From assembly GCA_013003115.1 (NCBI GenBank), contig JABDLF010000007.1, forward strand, positions 2,874 through 66,873: a DNA stretch of 64,000 bases, written 5' to 3'. Origin of the DNA: Gammaproteobacteria bacterium (GTDB lineage: Bacteria > Pseudomonadota > Gammaproteobacteria > Steroidobacterales > JABDLF01). Positions 41,248 to 50,688 of the stretch are shown piece by piece; positions within the stretch are counted from its first letter, which is position 1, and each line of letters begins with the position of its first letter. The notes under the pieces were generated by a model. The model worked only from the letters and a program-made list of their open reading frames with translations, was not told the origin of the DNA and made no database searches. Made by a program: the position numbers and the translations under genes.

Positions 41248-44200
41248 ATGAGCAGACCGGCCAGGGATATAGAAAAAATGCCGCAGCCGAAACGCGCAGA
41301 CCCATTGCGATTCGTCACCGCGGCATCGTTGTTCGACGGTCATGATGCGGCCATCAACATTATTCGAAGGCTTTTGCAGGGCGAAGGTGCCGAGGTCATT
41401 CACCTGGGGCACAACCGCAGCGTCGCAGAAGTGGTCAACGCGGCACTGCAGGAAGATGCGGATTGCATTGCGGTGAGTTCTTATCAGGGTGGCCATGTTG
41501 AGTACTTCAAGTACATGGTCGACATGCTGAAGGAAAAGGGTGCCGACCACATTGCCGTCGTTGTCGGCGGCGGGGGCACTATTGCACCCGCAGAAATATC
41601 CGATCTCGAAGCCTATGGTGTGGAGAAAATCTACACGCCCGATGACGGCATGCGAATGGGGCTTGCGGGCATGATTGCCGATGTATTCGCGAGGGTGCTC
41701 GCGCGCGTGCGCCCGAAGTTTGCGCCCGGCCCCTTGTCGCCCGATGCGCCGCAAATGGTCGCACGGAGTATCACGATGCTGGAGAGCGGCGAGGTGGCAC
41801 CCGGGAGCCTCGATGCCCTCAGGGAAACCTGGGCAGGTAGCCCGAACAAGCCGCTGGTCGTCGGCATCACGGGCACGGGTGGCGCCGGCAAAAGCAGCCT
41901 GACCGATGAACTGCTGAATCGCTTTATGCGACATTTCCCGGACCGGCACATCGGCGTGCTGGCAGTGGATCCGACGCGCAGGCGAACCGGCGGCGCGCTG
42001 CTCGGCGACCGAATTCGATTGAATAGTCTCAAGGATGAGCGCATCTACATGCGGTCCATAGCGACGCGTCGCCAGCACCTCGCCACCAGTGCCGTGCTGT
42101 CGGACTGTGTGCAGTTGCTCAAGTTCGCGGGTTACGACCTGATCATCGTCGAGACGGCAGGGATCGGGCAAAGCGACACAGAGGTTGTCGACCTCGTCGA
42201 TGTTTCTTTATACGTGATGACGAGTGACTACGGTGCCGCCAGCCAGCTCGAGAAAATCGACATGCTCGATTTCGCTGACGTGGTTGCGCTCAACAAGTTT
42301 GAGAAGCGTGGTGCAGAGGACGCGCTGCGCGATGTTCGCAAACAGTGGAAACGCAATCGTCTCGAATTCAAGATGGATGACGAGCAGGTCCCGGTATTCC
42401 CGACCATCGCCAGCCAGTTCAACGATCCCGGCGTCAATCGTCTTTTTGCCTGTTTATGCGGCGTCCTCACGGAAAAACGCGACAAGAGTTCAGGCAGCTG
42501 GACTGTCGACGATCCGGGGCGCACGCAGGGGCATGGGCGCAGCGCAATTATTCCGCCCGCGCGCAGCCGTTACCTCGCAGAAATCGCTGAGTCCGCGCGA
42601 GCGGTTGCCGATGACATCCAGCGTCAGGGCAACGCCGCGAGTCTCGCACATGGCTGCTATCAGGCCCTTGGGCTGCTAAAGGACCCTGCCTTGCCGAAGG
42701 CGCTCGATGCCTATGATGAAAAGAGCATGGAGGCCGATGGGGACGCGAGCCTGAAAGCGCTGCGACGCCAATACAATGAGGCGCTTGCCGGTCTTGATCA
42801 GCGCTCGCGCGAGCTCCTCGGTGAATGGCCCGCGCGCGTACAGGCGGCGCGAACTGACCGCTATTCCTACAAGGTTCGCGGCAGAGAAATCAGTGGCGAC
42901 AATTATTTTGCAACGCTGAGCCATCAGCGTGTCCCCAAGATTGCTTTGCCCGCGCTCAGCGACTGGGGCGATCAGCTGCGGTTTTTGCTTGAAGAAAACC
43001 TGCCTGGTGCATATCCGTACACCGCCGGCGTCTACCCTTACCGGCGCGAACAGGAAGATCCGACGCGCATGTTTGCCGGCGAGGGTACACCCGAGCGCAC
43101 CAATCGGAGGTTTCACTACCTTTCGGCAGGCCACCCGGCAACCCGGCTGTCGACGGCGTTCGATTCGGTCACGCTGTATGGTGAAGACCCTGATCCGCGA
43201 CCAGACATTTACGGCCGAATTGGCAATTCCGGCGTGTCCATCGCAACCCTCGATGATATGAAGAAGCTCTATTCGGGTTTCGATCTGTGCGCGCCAAACA
43301 CCTCCGTGTCGATGACCATCAACGGCCCGGCACCCATGATTCTCGCCATGTTTATGAATGCGGCCATCGACCAGCAGGTTGAGCGCTACCTGCACGAGGA
43401 AGGCCTCTGGCCGGAGGCTGAGAGAAAGATCGCGGCGCATTTTAAAAATCGCAAGCGGCCGCATTACGATGGCGAGCTGCCGCCCGGGAACAACGGCTTT
43501 GGCCTTGGTCTGCTGGGGATCACCGGCGATAGGCTGCTGGACGATGAGACCTACCAGCAGGTTGCGCAACAGGCGCTGTCGCAGGTGCGCGGAACCGTTC
43601 AGGCAGACATTCTTAAAGAGGACCAGGCGCAAAACACCTGCATCTTCTCGACCGAGTTTGCCATGCGCATGATGGGTGACGTGCAGGCCTGGTTTATCGA
43701 TCATAAGGTGCGCAACTTCTACAGCGTGTCCATCAGCGGTTATCACATCGCCGAGGCTGGCGCGAACCCTGTTTCGCAGCTGGCGTTCACCCTCGCAAAT
43801 GGTTTTACAATCGTCGAGTACTACCTGTCGCGCGGCATGCGCATCGATGATTTCGCGCCCAACCTGAGTTTCTTCTTTTCCAACGGCATGGATCCGGAAT
43901 ATGCCGTGATAGGTCGCGTGGCAAGGCGCATCTGGGCGCGCGCCATGAAAGAAATCTACGAGGCAGGTTCGCGCAGCCAGATGCTCAAGTATCACGTGCA
44001 GACTTCCGGGCGCAGCCTGCATGCCCAGGAAATTCAGTTCAACGACATCCGCACAACCCTGCAGGCCCTGTACGCGCTTTTTGACAACTGCAACAGCCTG
44101 CATACCAACGCCTTCGACGAGGCAATTACCACGCCCACCGAGTCATCGGTGCGGCGCGCCATGGCCATCCAGATGATCATCAACAAGGAGTTGGGGCTCA

Positions 44201-44694
44201 ACAAGAACCAGAACCCCCTGCAGGGGTCATTTATCATCGAGGAGCTCACGCGCATCGTCGAGGAGGCCGTTTACCAGGAGTTTGAGCGGATATCCGAGCG
44301 CGGCGGCGTACTTGGCGCTATGGAGACGATGTATCAGCGCGGCAAGATCCAGGAAGAGAGTCTGTATTACGAAGCGCAGAAGCATGACGGAAGTTTGCCG
44401 ATCGTCGGTGTTAATACCTTTCGTCCGGCAAAGGCCGAGGACTCCGAGGACGTGTCGGTACCCGAGCTGATTCGCTCTACCGAACAGGAGAAGCAGCGCC
44501 AGGTGGAATCGCTGAACAACTTCAAGGCGCGCCATAATCATGAAGCAGACCTCGCATTGGGAGAGCTGCAGGCGGCGGCTGCGAGCGGCGGCAACGTCTT
44601 CGCGTCGCTGATGCAGGCCACCAGGTGCTGTTCTCTGGGGCAGATCACGCACGCACTTTATGAGGTCGGCGGGCAGTATCGCCGCAACATGTAA
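41248..44694 (+). CDS. icmF: Fused isobutyryl-CoA mutase IcmF (B12-binding domain + MeaB-like G-protein + mutase catalytic domain)
   Basis: 1148 aa. N-terminal B12 motif [16 protein letters not shown]-loop [14 protein letters not shown]-terminal methylmalonyl-CoA-mutase-like barrel. Confidence 0.9.
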   Translation: MSRPARDIEKMPQPKRADPLRFVTAASLFDGHDAAINIIRRLLQGEGAEVIHLGHNRSVAEVVNAALQEDADCIAVSSYQGGHVEYFKYMVDMLKEKGADHIAVVVGGGGTIAPAEISDLEAYGVEKIYTPDDGMRMGLAGMIADVFARVLARVRPKFAPGPLSPDAPQMVARSITMLESGEVAPGSLDALRETWAGSPNKPLVVGITGTGGAGKSSLTDELLNRFMRHFPDRHIGVLAVDPTRRRTGGALLGDRIRLNSLKDERIYMRSIATRRQHLATSAVLSDCVQLLKFAGYDLIIVETAGIGQSDTEVVDLVDVSLYVMTSDYGAASQLEKIDMLDFADVVALNKFEKRGAEDALRDVRKQWKRNRLEFKMDDEQVPVFPTIASQFNDPGVNRLFACLCGVLTEKRDKSSGSWTVDDPGRTQGHGRSAIIPPARSRYLAEIAESARAVADDIQRQGNAASLAHGCYQALGLLKDPALPKALDAYDEKSMEADGDASLKALRRQYNEALAGLDQRSRELLGEWPARVQAARTDRYSYKVRGREISGDNYFATLSHQRVPKIALPALSDWGDQLRFLLEENLPGAYPYTAGVYPYRREQEDPTRMFAGEGTPERTNRRFHYLSAGHPATRLSTAFDSVTLYGEDPDPRPDIYGRIGNSGVSIATLDDMKKLYSGFDLCAPNTSVSMTINGPAPMILAMFMNAAIDQQVERYLHEEGLWPEAERKIAAHFKNRKRPHYDGELPPGNNGFGLGLLGITGDRLLDDETYQQVAQQALSQVRGTVQADILKEDQAQNTCIFSTEFAMRMMGDVQAWFIDHKVRNFYSVSISGYHIAEAGANPVSQLAFTLANGFTIVEYYLSRGMRIDDFAPNLSFFFSNGMDPEYAVIGRVARRIWARAMKEIYEAGSRSQMLKYHVQTSGRSLHAQEIQFNDIRTTLQALYALFDNCNSLHTNAFDEAITTPTESSVRRAMAIQMIINKELGLNKNQNPLQGSFIIEELTRIVEEAVYQEFERISERGGVLGAMETMYQRGKIQEESLYYEAQKHDGSLPIVGVNTFRPAKAEDSEDVSVPELIRSTEQEKQRQVESLNNFKARHNHEADLALGELQAAAASGGNVFASLMQATRCCSLGQITHALYEVGGQYRRNM

Positions 44695-44723
44695 GGCGAA
44701 CGACCGGTTTTCCCGACGCAGCT

Positions 44724-45473
44724 ATGAGCGAACCTTCTCCTTTTAACAGTCAGGGCTATTTTGCCGAGGGTTTGCGCGGCGCAGATGCGCGGCGCCGACT
44801 GTTCGCTGATCAGCCTGCCGGTCTGCAGGTGCTGCGACGCTCCCTTCCGCCAGGGGTGGTCGTGGTAGAAGACTATCTGCCTGAAGCGCTGCGTCGCGAA
44901 TTTTGCAGCTTCGCACGCGAACAAGCGGGCAGGCCGTCGACGGTGCAGGCGCCGGAGGCGGGGGCTGGCGAGAATATTACGCGGCTTTCTGCCGCCCGCA
45001 TTACCGATTACATCGAGATAGACGGGATAGCAGAAAGCGTCCACGCCGTTATGCGGAGTATCTTCCTCGAGCAGGTCAGCGCTCATTACGGCAGGCAAAT
45101 CGAGTGGTACGAAAAACCTGAGTTACTCAGGTATCAGCCGGGCGGTCACTACAGCCCTCACGCGGACGCCGAAAACTGGGATCCCGCCGCGCGCAGCTGG
45201 ACGCGTGCCGTTGATCGGGACTTCAGTATTTTGCTTTACCTGAATGAAGATTTTGAAGGTGGCAGCCTGACGTTTCCGAATTTCGGACTTCGGCTCAAGC
45301 CGTCGGCAGGCATGCTGGTCGTGTTTCCCGCGGATCACCGCTACGTTCACTGCGCCGAACCCGTGCAGAAGGGAGAAAGGCTCTTGCTGGTGTGCTGGTG
45401 TGCAGCCAAAGGCAGCGCTCGGGTTGGCAAAGGCGCCCCGGAAGGTGCAACGGTTCTCGACGTCGGGACTTAA
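44724..45473 (+). CDS. 2OG-Fe(II) oxygenase, prolyl-4-hydroxylase-like
   Basis: 249 aa. LLRYQPGGHYSPHADAE (HxD), FEGGSLTFP, VVFPADHRYVHCAEPVQKGERLLLVCW (distal His plus basic residue). Confidence 0.7.
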   Translation: MSEPSPFNSQGYFAEGLRGADARRRLFADQPAGLQVLRRSLPPGVVVVEDYLPEALRREFCSFAREQAGRPSTVQAPEAGAGENITRLSAARITDYIEIDGIAESVHAVMRSIFLEQVSAHYGRQIEWYEKPELLRYQPGGHYSPHADAENWDPAARSWTRAVDRDFSILLYLNEDFEGGSLTFPNFGLRLKPSAGMLVVFPADHRYVHCAEPVQKGERLLLVCWCAAKGSARVGKGAPEGATVLDVGT

Positions 45474-46147
45474 GCTTCGATCCGGCCGTGGCAGTGTTTG
45501 AATTTCAAGCCGCTGCCACAATGGCAGGGTTTGTTGCGGCCGCTCGTGCGCACAGAACGCCTGATCTTTGGTGCGCCGATGGCGGGTCGCCCGTCGAACC
45601 GGTATGCCGTCTGGTCGCCTTGCTGGTCCACATAGTGCAGGAACACCTGGATCCAGTAGCGACCGTCGAATTCCTCGCGCCAGTGGGGCACATCTGATCC
45701 GTCGTAAACGAGCAGGTCACCCGGTGCGAGTTTGATCGGGATATCGCGATCGTTGCTTTGCACCCACAGCGGCCAGTCTTTGTCTGCGTCAAAGCCGATG
45801 GTCAGAGACGCACTGACTTCGCAGGATTTCCGATCAATATGTCGCGGCAGGTTCGAGCCCGGATAGTAGATGCGCAGCCACGAATAGCTGGCGAACAACT
45901 CGCGCCCGGTCGTGCGTTCAATCAGTGGCTGCAGATCCAGAAGCAGGCTCTCAGCCATGACGTCGGCGTAGCGATCCAGGCTGCTGGTTATGGGCTCGCG
46001 ATTGTAGTAACCGGGATGCTCGCGCTGCAGTAGCGCGTAGTCGCGCATCACTGCCATGCTTGTACTGTCGAAACAGTTGCGAACAACGGCATATCCTGCG
46101 TTGCGATAGTTGTTTTCCTGATCCTGGATAACTGTTGTCATTGGCAT
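45470..46147 (-). CDS. 2OG-Fe(II) oxygenase-like protein with C-terminal SecA-type SEC-C zinc-binding motif
   Basis: 225 aa. LRIYYPGSNLPRHIDRKSCE (HxD), LLVYDGSDVPHWREEF (distal His), basic linker, then the terminal PCHCGSGLKFKHCHG. Its stop codon shares the palindrome CTTAAG with the stop of the convergent gene. Confidence 0.7.
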   Translation of the reverse strand: MPMTTVIQDQENNYRNAGYAVVRNCFDSTSMAVMRDYALLQREHPGYYNREPITSSLDRYADVMAESLLLDLQPLIERTTGRELFASYSWLRIYYPGSNLPRHIDRKSCEVSASLTIGFDADKDWPLWVQSNDRDIPIKLAPGDLLVYDGSDVPHWREEFDGRYWIQVFLHYVDQQGDQTAYRFDGRPAIGAPKIRRSVRTSGRNKPCHCGSGLKFKHCHGRIEA

Positions 46148-46271
46148 GCGTCAGAATTTTGGTGCTTAACAAGAAAAATGCAGTTGCAGTCAGTGAGGTT
46201 TGCTGCGCCTGTCAGTGTGCAAGATGATACCAGTTAATTGTCGTGGTCAATGCGGGTTCAAGCGCTGGCTG

Positions 46272-46293
46272 AGCCCTGCGCAGGGCTATTTTT
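46272..46293 (+). terminator. Orphan terminator-like hairpin (AGCCC-loop-GGGCT) followed by ATTTTTG
   Basis: Read directly. It lies on the plus strand in a divergent intergenic region with no upstream plus-strand gene. Short stem, so weak. Confidence 0.3.
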
Positions 46294-46311
46294 GCGGCTT
46301 CCGATGATGCG

Positions 46312-46345
46312 CCTGTCACTTCCTGTTTCCTGACACTTCCGCTTT
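46312..46345. repeat. Tandem 17-nt direct repeat CCTGTCACTTCCTGTTT / CCTGACACTTCCGCTTT (14/17 identical)
   Basis: Read directly. About 130 nt upstream of the first gene of the TonB-system operon. Confidence 0.5.
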
Positions 46346-46473
46346 CCGGGGGCTGACGTTGGCGGGTGAATTTAAGGCTATACTCTCCTAAGTCTTTAAC
46401 TTTTTATTCGACCCTATATCTGCTAGATTCGACTGTCACATCAGCCGAAATCCTTTGCTGAACACTTATAAGA

Positions 46474-47289
46474 ATGCAAGGTAAGTCAATGGAAACATTA
46501 AATAAACGAAACGGCCCTGTCGGTCGGGTGGGGACACTGGTTCTGCTCGTTATCGGCGGGTTCATGACAGGTTTGGCCGGGGCGCAAGAGCGCGTTCTGA
46601 AGACGGCCATGCAAGTGCGCAGTGCTGCGGACCAGTCGTCGCAGCAATCGCAGCAGCAGATTGACAACCTGGCGAATCAGACTACCGAGTTGCTCGGTGA
46701 CTTTCGTGTTGCGTCGCAGGCTCTGGATCGCATCAGGGTTTACAACACGCACCTTCAGTCTCTGGTCAACGACCAGGAGTCAATCAAGGCAGACATCCAG
46801 GCACAAATTGACGGTGCCGATGAAATCGAGCAATCAATCATCCCTTTAATGTTCACCATGATCGATGACCTGGGTCGGATGATAGAACTGGACCTTCCTT
46901 TTAACCTTGCAGAGCGGCGCGATCGCATTACCGGGCTGCGTAACCTGATGGAAGACGCCAACGTCACCGACTCCGAAAAATACCGCCGCATCATGGAGGC
47001 CTACTCGATCGAGGCGGATTTCAGTCGCAACATGGAGGCTTCGACGGCGAATCTGGAAATTGGCGGCGAAAGCCGGGAAGTAAATTTCTTTCGACTCGGC
47101 CGCGTGATGCTTGCTTACCAGACGCTCGATCGGAGTCAAACCGGTTTTTATAACAAGCAGACCCGTCAATGGGAGTCGCTGCCTGACAGTTACAGAAAGC
47201 ACATCACAGAAGGGCTGCGGGTTGCACGCAAGCAGGCCGCGCCGAGCCTGCTGACAGTGCCGCTTAACGCGCCGGAGGCTTCACAATGA
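46474..47289 (+). CDS. DUF3450-type periplasmic coiled-coil protein (TtpB-like) of a TonB2-type system
   Basis: 271 aa. Signal peptide, Gln-rich coiled coil, conserved LPFNLAERRDRI and EKYRRIMEAY. The stop overlaps the next start (ATGA). An alternative start at ATG 46489 has a better Shine-Dalgarno (AAGG). Confidence 0.7.
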   Translation: MQGKSMETLNKRNGPVGRVGTLVLLVIGGFMTGLAGAQERVLKTAMQVRSAADQSSQQSQQQIDNLANQTTELLGDFRVASQALDRIRVYNTHLQSLVNDQESIKADIQAQIDGADEIEQSIIPLMFTMIDDLGRMIELDLPFNLAERRDRITGLRNLMEDANVTDSEKYRRIMEAYSIEADFSRNMEASTANLEIGGESREVNFFRLGRVMLAYQTLDRSQTGFYNKQTRQWESLPDSYRKHITEGLRVARKQAAPSLLTVPLNAPEASQ

Positions 47290-48656
47290 TCAATTTCAAG
47301 CAAAGCCTTTTGATTGCCATGGCAGGCGTGTTGATTGCCGGAATTGGCGCGGCCGCCAACGAGCCGGCCAATCTGAATGAATTGCTGCAGAGCGTGCGCG
47401 CGGAGCGGTCGGCCATAGCTGCGAAGAATCAGCAGCGCGAAGCGGAGTTTGTGCGGGCTCGCAACGAGCAGAGGGCGATGTTGCAGAGAGTCCAGAGCGA
47501 GCTGACTGCCGAAGAGCGCCGGAGTGCGGCACTCAAAGAGCAGTTTGACAGCAACGAGACCCAGATTCGTGACCTGGAAGAGACGCTCACCATTCGCCTT
47601 GGAAATCTTGGTGAGCTGAAGGGCGTCGTGAAGCAGGTGGTTGGCGATTTTAAAGGGGTGGTCGATAACTCGCTGGTGACGGCGCAGTATCCGGACCGTC
47701 AGGATGAGATTAATCGCATCGCCTCCATCGACGGCATGCCCAAGATTGAGGATCTGAATCAGTTGCGCATTCTGATGCTCGAGGACATGGTGGCTTCGGG
47801 TAACGTCTCGAAGTTCTCCACCAGCGTGAACAGCGCCGACGGCGAGCAGTTCCAGGCTGACGTTGTCAGGATCGGGGTGTTCAATGCGATCCACGAAGAC
47901 CAGTTCCTGCGGCTGTCGGAGGCGGGTACGCTGCAGGAGTTGCCGAGTCAGCCGTCCGGACGCTATCTGTCCATGGCGGGCGAGCTGTTCGGTGCCAGCA
48001 GCGGTGTGCACCCGATGGCGCTTGATCCAACCCGCGGTCAGATTCTCGGTGCGCTTATCCAGTCGCCGACCCTTGTCGAACGCACCAACCAGGGTGGGCC
48101 GATCGGTTACGTCATCATCATTCTTGGCATCATCGGCGTGCTGATTGCGCTGGAGCGGCTGCTTACCCTCACCGTGGCAGGCGGCAAGATAAAAGGGCAG
48201 CTCAAAAACAGTACGCCCAAAGCGGACAATGCGCTCGGGCGGATTCTTGGCGTTTATCACGAAAACCGTCAGGTGGACCCGGAAACGCTGGAGCTCAAGC
48301 TCGACGAGGCGATTCTCAAAGAAACGCCGCAACTCGAGAAACGCCAGTCGATCATCAAGGTACTTGCCGCGGTGGCGCCGCTGCTTGGCCTGCTGGGCAC
48401 CGTTACCGGCATGATCGCGACCTTCCAGTCCATCACGCTGTTTGGCACCGGAGATCCGAAGCTGATGGCCGGCGGTATTTCCACCGCGCTGGTGACCACG
48501 GTGCTGGGGCTGGTAGCGGCCATACCGCTCGTTCTCCTGCACAGCTTTGTTGCGGGCAAGAGCAAGGCGCTCATTGAGATCCTTGAAGAGCAGAGCGCCG
48601 GCCTGATCGCCGAGCACTCGGAGAGGCCGCAGCAATCGGAGAGGCCACCGCAGTGA
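47286..48656 (+). CDS. Large MotA/TolQ/ExbB-family proton-channel protein (TtpC-like)
   Basis: 456 aa. Long periplasmic coiled-coil N-terminus, then a 3-TM MotA/ExbB domain (APLLGLLGTVTGMIATFQSI). Confidence 0.8.
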   Translation: MINFKQSLLIAMAGVLIAGIGAAANEPANLNELLQSVRAERSAIAAKNQQREAEFVRARNEQRAMLQRVQSELTAEERRSAALKEQFDSNETQIRDLEETLTIRLGNLGELKGVVKQVVGDFKGVVDNSLVTAQYPDRQDEINRIASIDGMPKIEDLNQLRILMLEDMVASGNVSKFSTSVNSADGEQFQADVVRIGVFNAIHEDQFLRLSEAGTLQELPSQPSGRYLSMAGELFGASSGVHPMALDPTRGQILGALIQSPTLVERTNQGGPIGYVIIILGIIGVLIALERLLTLTVAGGKIKGQLKNSTPKADNALGRILGVYHENRQVDPETLELKLDEAILKETPQLEKRQSIIKVLAAVAPLLGLLGTVTGMIATFQSITLFGTGDPKLMAGGISTALVTTVLGLVAAIPLVLLHSFVAGKSKALIEILEEQSAGLIAEHSERPQQSERPPQ

Positions 48657-49177
48657 CCTTTCTCGTCGACGGTTACGAGGCGATCCGCGACTTCTTTGAG
48701 GCCGGCGGCGGCGTCCTTTACTGGATATTGTTTGTGACGATATTTATGTGGACGCTCATCGTTGAGCGCATCTGGTACCTGTACTTCGTCATGCCCAGGC
48801 GGCTCGAGACGGAGAAGCAGGCGTGGGAGGCGCGAGGCAGCACACAGTCATGGGCGGCCAAGCGCATTCGCGATGCGATTATCTCGAGGGTCAGGGTCGA
48901 TGCGCACCAGTCGATTCTTGTTATCAAGACGCTGATGGCGATTTTGCCCCTGCTCGGTCTGTTCGGCACGGTCTGGGGAATGATCCAGGTATTCGAAATC
49001 ATGGCCATATTCGGCACGGGCAATGCGCGCCTGATGGCTGGCGGCGTATCGAAAGCCACCATCCCGACAATGGCGGGGTTGGTTGCGGCGCTCTCGGGAC
49101 TGTATCTCAGTACCCACCTCGAGCACCGGGCTAACACCGAAGTCGAAAGACTCGAAGACATGCTAGTGCATCACTGA
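48653..49177 (+). CDS. exbB: ExbB (MotA/TolQ/ExbB proton channel)
   Basis: 174 aa. LPLLGLFGTVWGMIQVF. The GTG start overlaps the preceding stop (GTGA). Confidence 0.85.
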   Translation: MTFLVDGYEAIRDFFEAGGGVLYWILFVTIFMWTLIVERIWYLYFVMPRRLETEKQAWEARGSTQSWAAKRIRDAIISRVRVDAHQSILVIKTLMAILPLLGLFGTVWGMIQVFEIMAIFGTGNARLMAGGVSKATIPTMAGLVAALSGLYLSTHLEHRANTEVERLEDMLVHH

Positions 49178-49194
49178 GCGGAGAAATACAGATA

Positions 49195-49599
49195 ATGCGA
49201 CGCAGACACGGGGGGCAGGACGAAGAGGCACAGATCAACATCACGCCGATGTTGGACATTGTCTTCATCATGCTGATCTTCTTCATTGTAACGACGTCGT
49301 TCGTCAAGGAAATCGGGCTTGACGTGAGTCGTCCTTCCAGCTCTCCACCAAAAGAGGTAAAGCAGTCGGCGGTCATCGCCATCAGGATTTCCGCGACAGG
49401 TATGGTGGAGGTGAACAACCGCCGCGTTGACATTCGCGCCGTGCAGGCCAATGTGCAGAGTGCGCTGGCGGCCAAGCCCGAGGCGAGCGTGGTTGTGGTT
49501 TCAGACCGGGATGCGGACGCGGGTTTGCTGGTGCAGGTGATTGACCAGGCGCGCCTCGCGGGTGCGGGAAACGTCTCGCTGGCTGCTGAAGCCAAGTAG
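49195..49599 (+). CDS. exbD: ExbD/TolR-family protein, copy 1
   Basis: 134 aa. INITPMLDIVFIMLIFFIVTTSF. Confidence 0.9.
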   Translation: MRRRHGGQDEEAQINITPMLDIVFIMLIFFIVTTSFVKEIGLDVSRPSSSPPKEVKQSAVIAIRISATGMVEVNNRRVDIRAVQANVQSALAAKPEASVVVVSDRDADAGLLVQVIDQARLAGAGNVSLAAEAK

Positions 49600-49645
49600 T
49601 GGGTCTGAACTTCAGCGGCGGGTGCTGATCTAAACAGAGAATATT

Positions 49646-50050
49646 ATGGCCAGACGTCATTCAGCTCAGGAAGAAGAAACAGAGATAAACATCACACCGA
49701 TGCTGGACATCGTGTTTATCATGCTGATTTTCTTCATCGTGACCACCTCCTTTGTAAAGGAGACGGGCATTGACGTGAATCGGCCGCCCGCCCTCACGGC
49801 AGAACCGCGGCCGCGCGGCAACATCATGATCGCTGTCAATTCCAACGGTCAGATCTGGATGGAGAAGCGCCAGGTCGAAATGGGACAGATTCGATTTATG
49901 GTGGAGAATGCCAAGGCCGAAAATCCGGAAAGCTCGGTTATTATTATCACCGATCAAGAGGCCGCGACGGGCAAGCTCATCGACCTGATGGACCAGGTAA
50001 GGCTGGGCGGTGTTACCACGATATCCGTTGCCGCCAAAGAGGGAGCGTAG
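49646..50050 (+). CDS. exbD: ExbD/TolR-family protein, copy 2
   Basis: 134 aa. The N-terminal ~45 aa are nearly identical to copy 1; the periplasmic domain has diverged. Confidence 0.9.
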   Translation: MARRHSAQEEETEINITPMLDIVFIMLIFFIVTTSFVKETGIDVNRPPALTAEPRPRGNIMIAVNSNGQIWMEKRQVEMGQIRFMVENAKAENPESSVIIITDQEAATGKLIDLMDQVRLGGVTTISVAAKEGA

Positions 50051-50054
50051 CCCT

Positions 50055-50678
50055 ATGAGATTTATGATTTCGACAGTCCTGGGCGTGGTGGTCGCGTTGC
50101 TGCTGTTTCTGTTGATGAACAGCCTGATCGGATCAGGCGGCAAATTCGAGGCGAACAATACCGGCGTCAAGATGATTGACGTCGTGCGCGTTAAGCAGGA
50201 TGAGCTGACCCAGACCAAGCGGCGTCCGCCCAAGAAACCGCCGCCGCCAAAGAAGCCGCCACCGCCACCCAAGCTGACCACGGCGAGCCAGGACAAGCCG
50301 CCGCCGCAGCAGCTGAATATCGATATCCCCAACATTGACATGTCGGTGTCGACGGGCAGCGGCCCATATATCGGGCAGTTCAATCCGGCGAATCCGGGTC
50401 AGGACGGCGATGTTATTCCGATCGTCAGAATCGAGCCCCAGTATCCGCGCCAGGCGCTGCTGGATGGCATCGAGGGCTGGGTACGCTTCGAATTTACTAT
50501 TACAGAAGACGGCTCGGTGGATAATCCGCGGGTCATCGATTCGGAACCTAACCGGATATTTAATCGCGAGGCGACTCGGGCGATTCTGCGCTGGAAATTT
50601 AAACCGCGCGTTGTGGACGGCAAGCCCGTGCGGCGGCAGGCGCAGCAGACTATCGAGTTCAAGATGGCAGTTGATTAA
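50055..50678 (+). CDS. tonB: TonB energy transducer
   Basis: Start at MRFMISTVLGVVVALLLF (TM anchor). Pro/Lys-rich spacer KKPPPPKKPPPPPK. C-terminal TonB domain YPRQALLDGIEGWVRFEFTI...RWKFKP. Confidence 0.85.
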   Translation: MRFMISTVLGVVVALLLFLLMNSLIGSGGKFEANNTGVKMIDVVRVKQDELTQTKRRPPKKPPPPKKPPPPPKLTTASQDKPPPQQLNIDIPNIDMSVSTGSGPYIGQFNPANPGQDGDVIPIVRIEPQYPRQALLDGIEGWVRFEFTITEDGSVDNPRVIDSEPNRIFNREATRAILRWKFKPRVVDGKPVRRQAQQTIEFKMAVD

Positions 50679-50688
50679 AGTGAAGTCG

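Noticed and set aside
41230-44103. Long minus-strand ORFs (313 aa at 41230..42171 and 475 aa at 42676..44103) inside icmF
   Set aside because: They are antisense to a full-length, clearly recognisable IcmF. Their Arg/His/Gly/Ala-rich, low-complexity composition is typical of stop-poor shadow frames in GC-rich DNA, and they have no recognisable motifs.
46148-46473. Fur box upstream of the TonB-system operon
   Set aside because: I scanned by eye for GATAATGATAATCATTATC-like 19-mers. The best AT-rich stretches (e.g. CTTATAAGAATGCAAGG) match too poorly to call.
47190-48635. 481-aa minus-strand ORF opposite the TtpC-like gene
   Set aside because: Shadow ORF antisense to a well-supported MotA/ExbB-family gene. 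It is Arg/Leu/His-rich with no domain signatures.
50215-50300. Repetitive CCGCCGCCGCCA/AAGAAGCCG tract flagged as a possible tandem repeat or CRISPR-like element
   Set aside because: It is the Pro/Lys-rich rigid spacer of TonB (KKPPPPKKPPPPPK), a normal feature of the protein.
50335-50688. N-terminal extension of the TPR gene (533-aa track ORF), overlapping tonB by 344 nt
   Set aside because: The extension is out of frame within the tonB C-terminal domain. A signal-peptide-bearing start (MQKHISD...) lies at 50689, 10 nt after the tonB stop.
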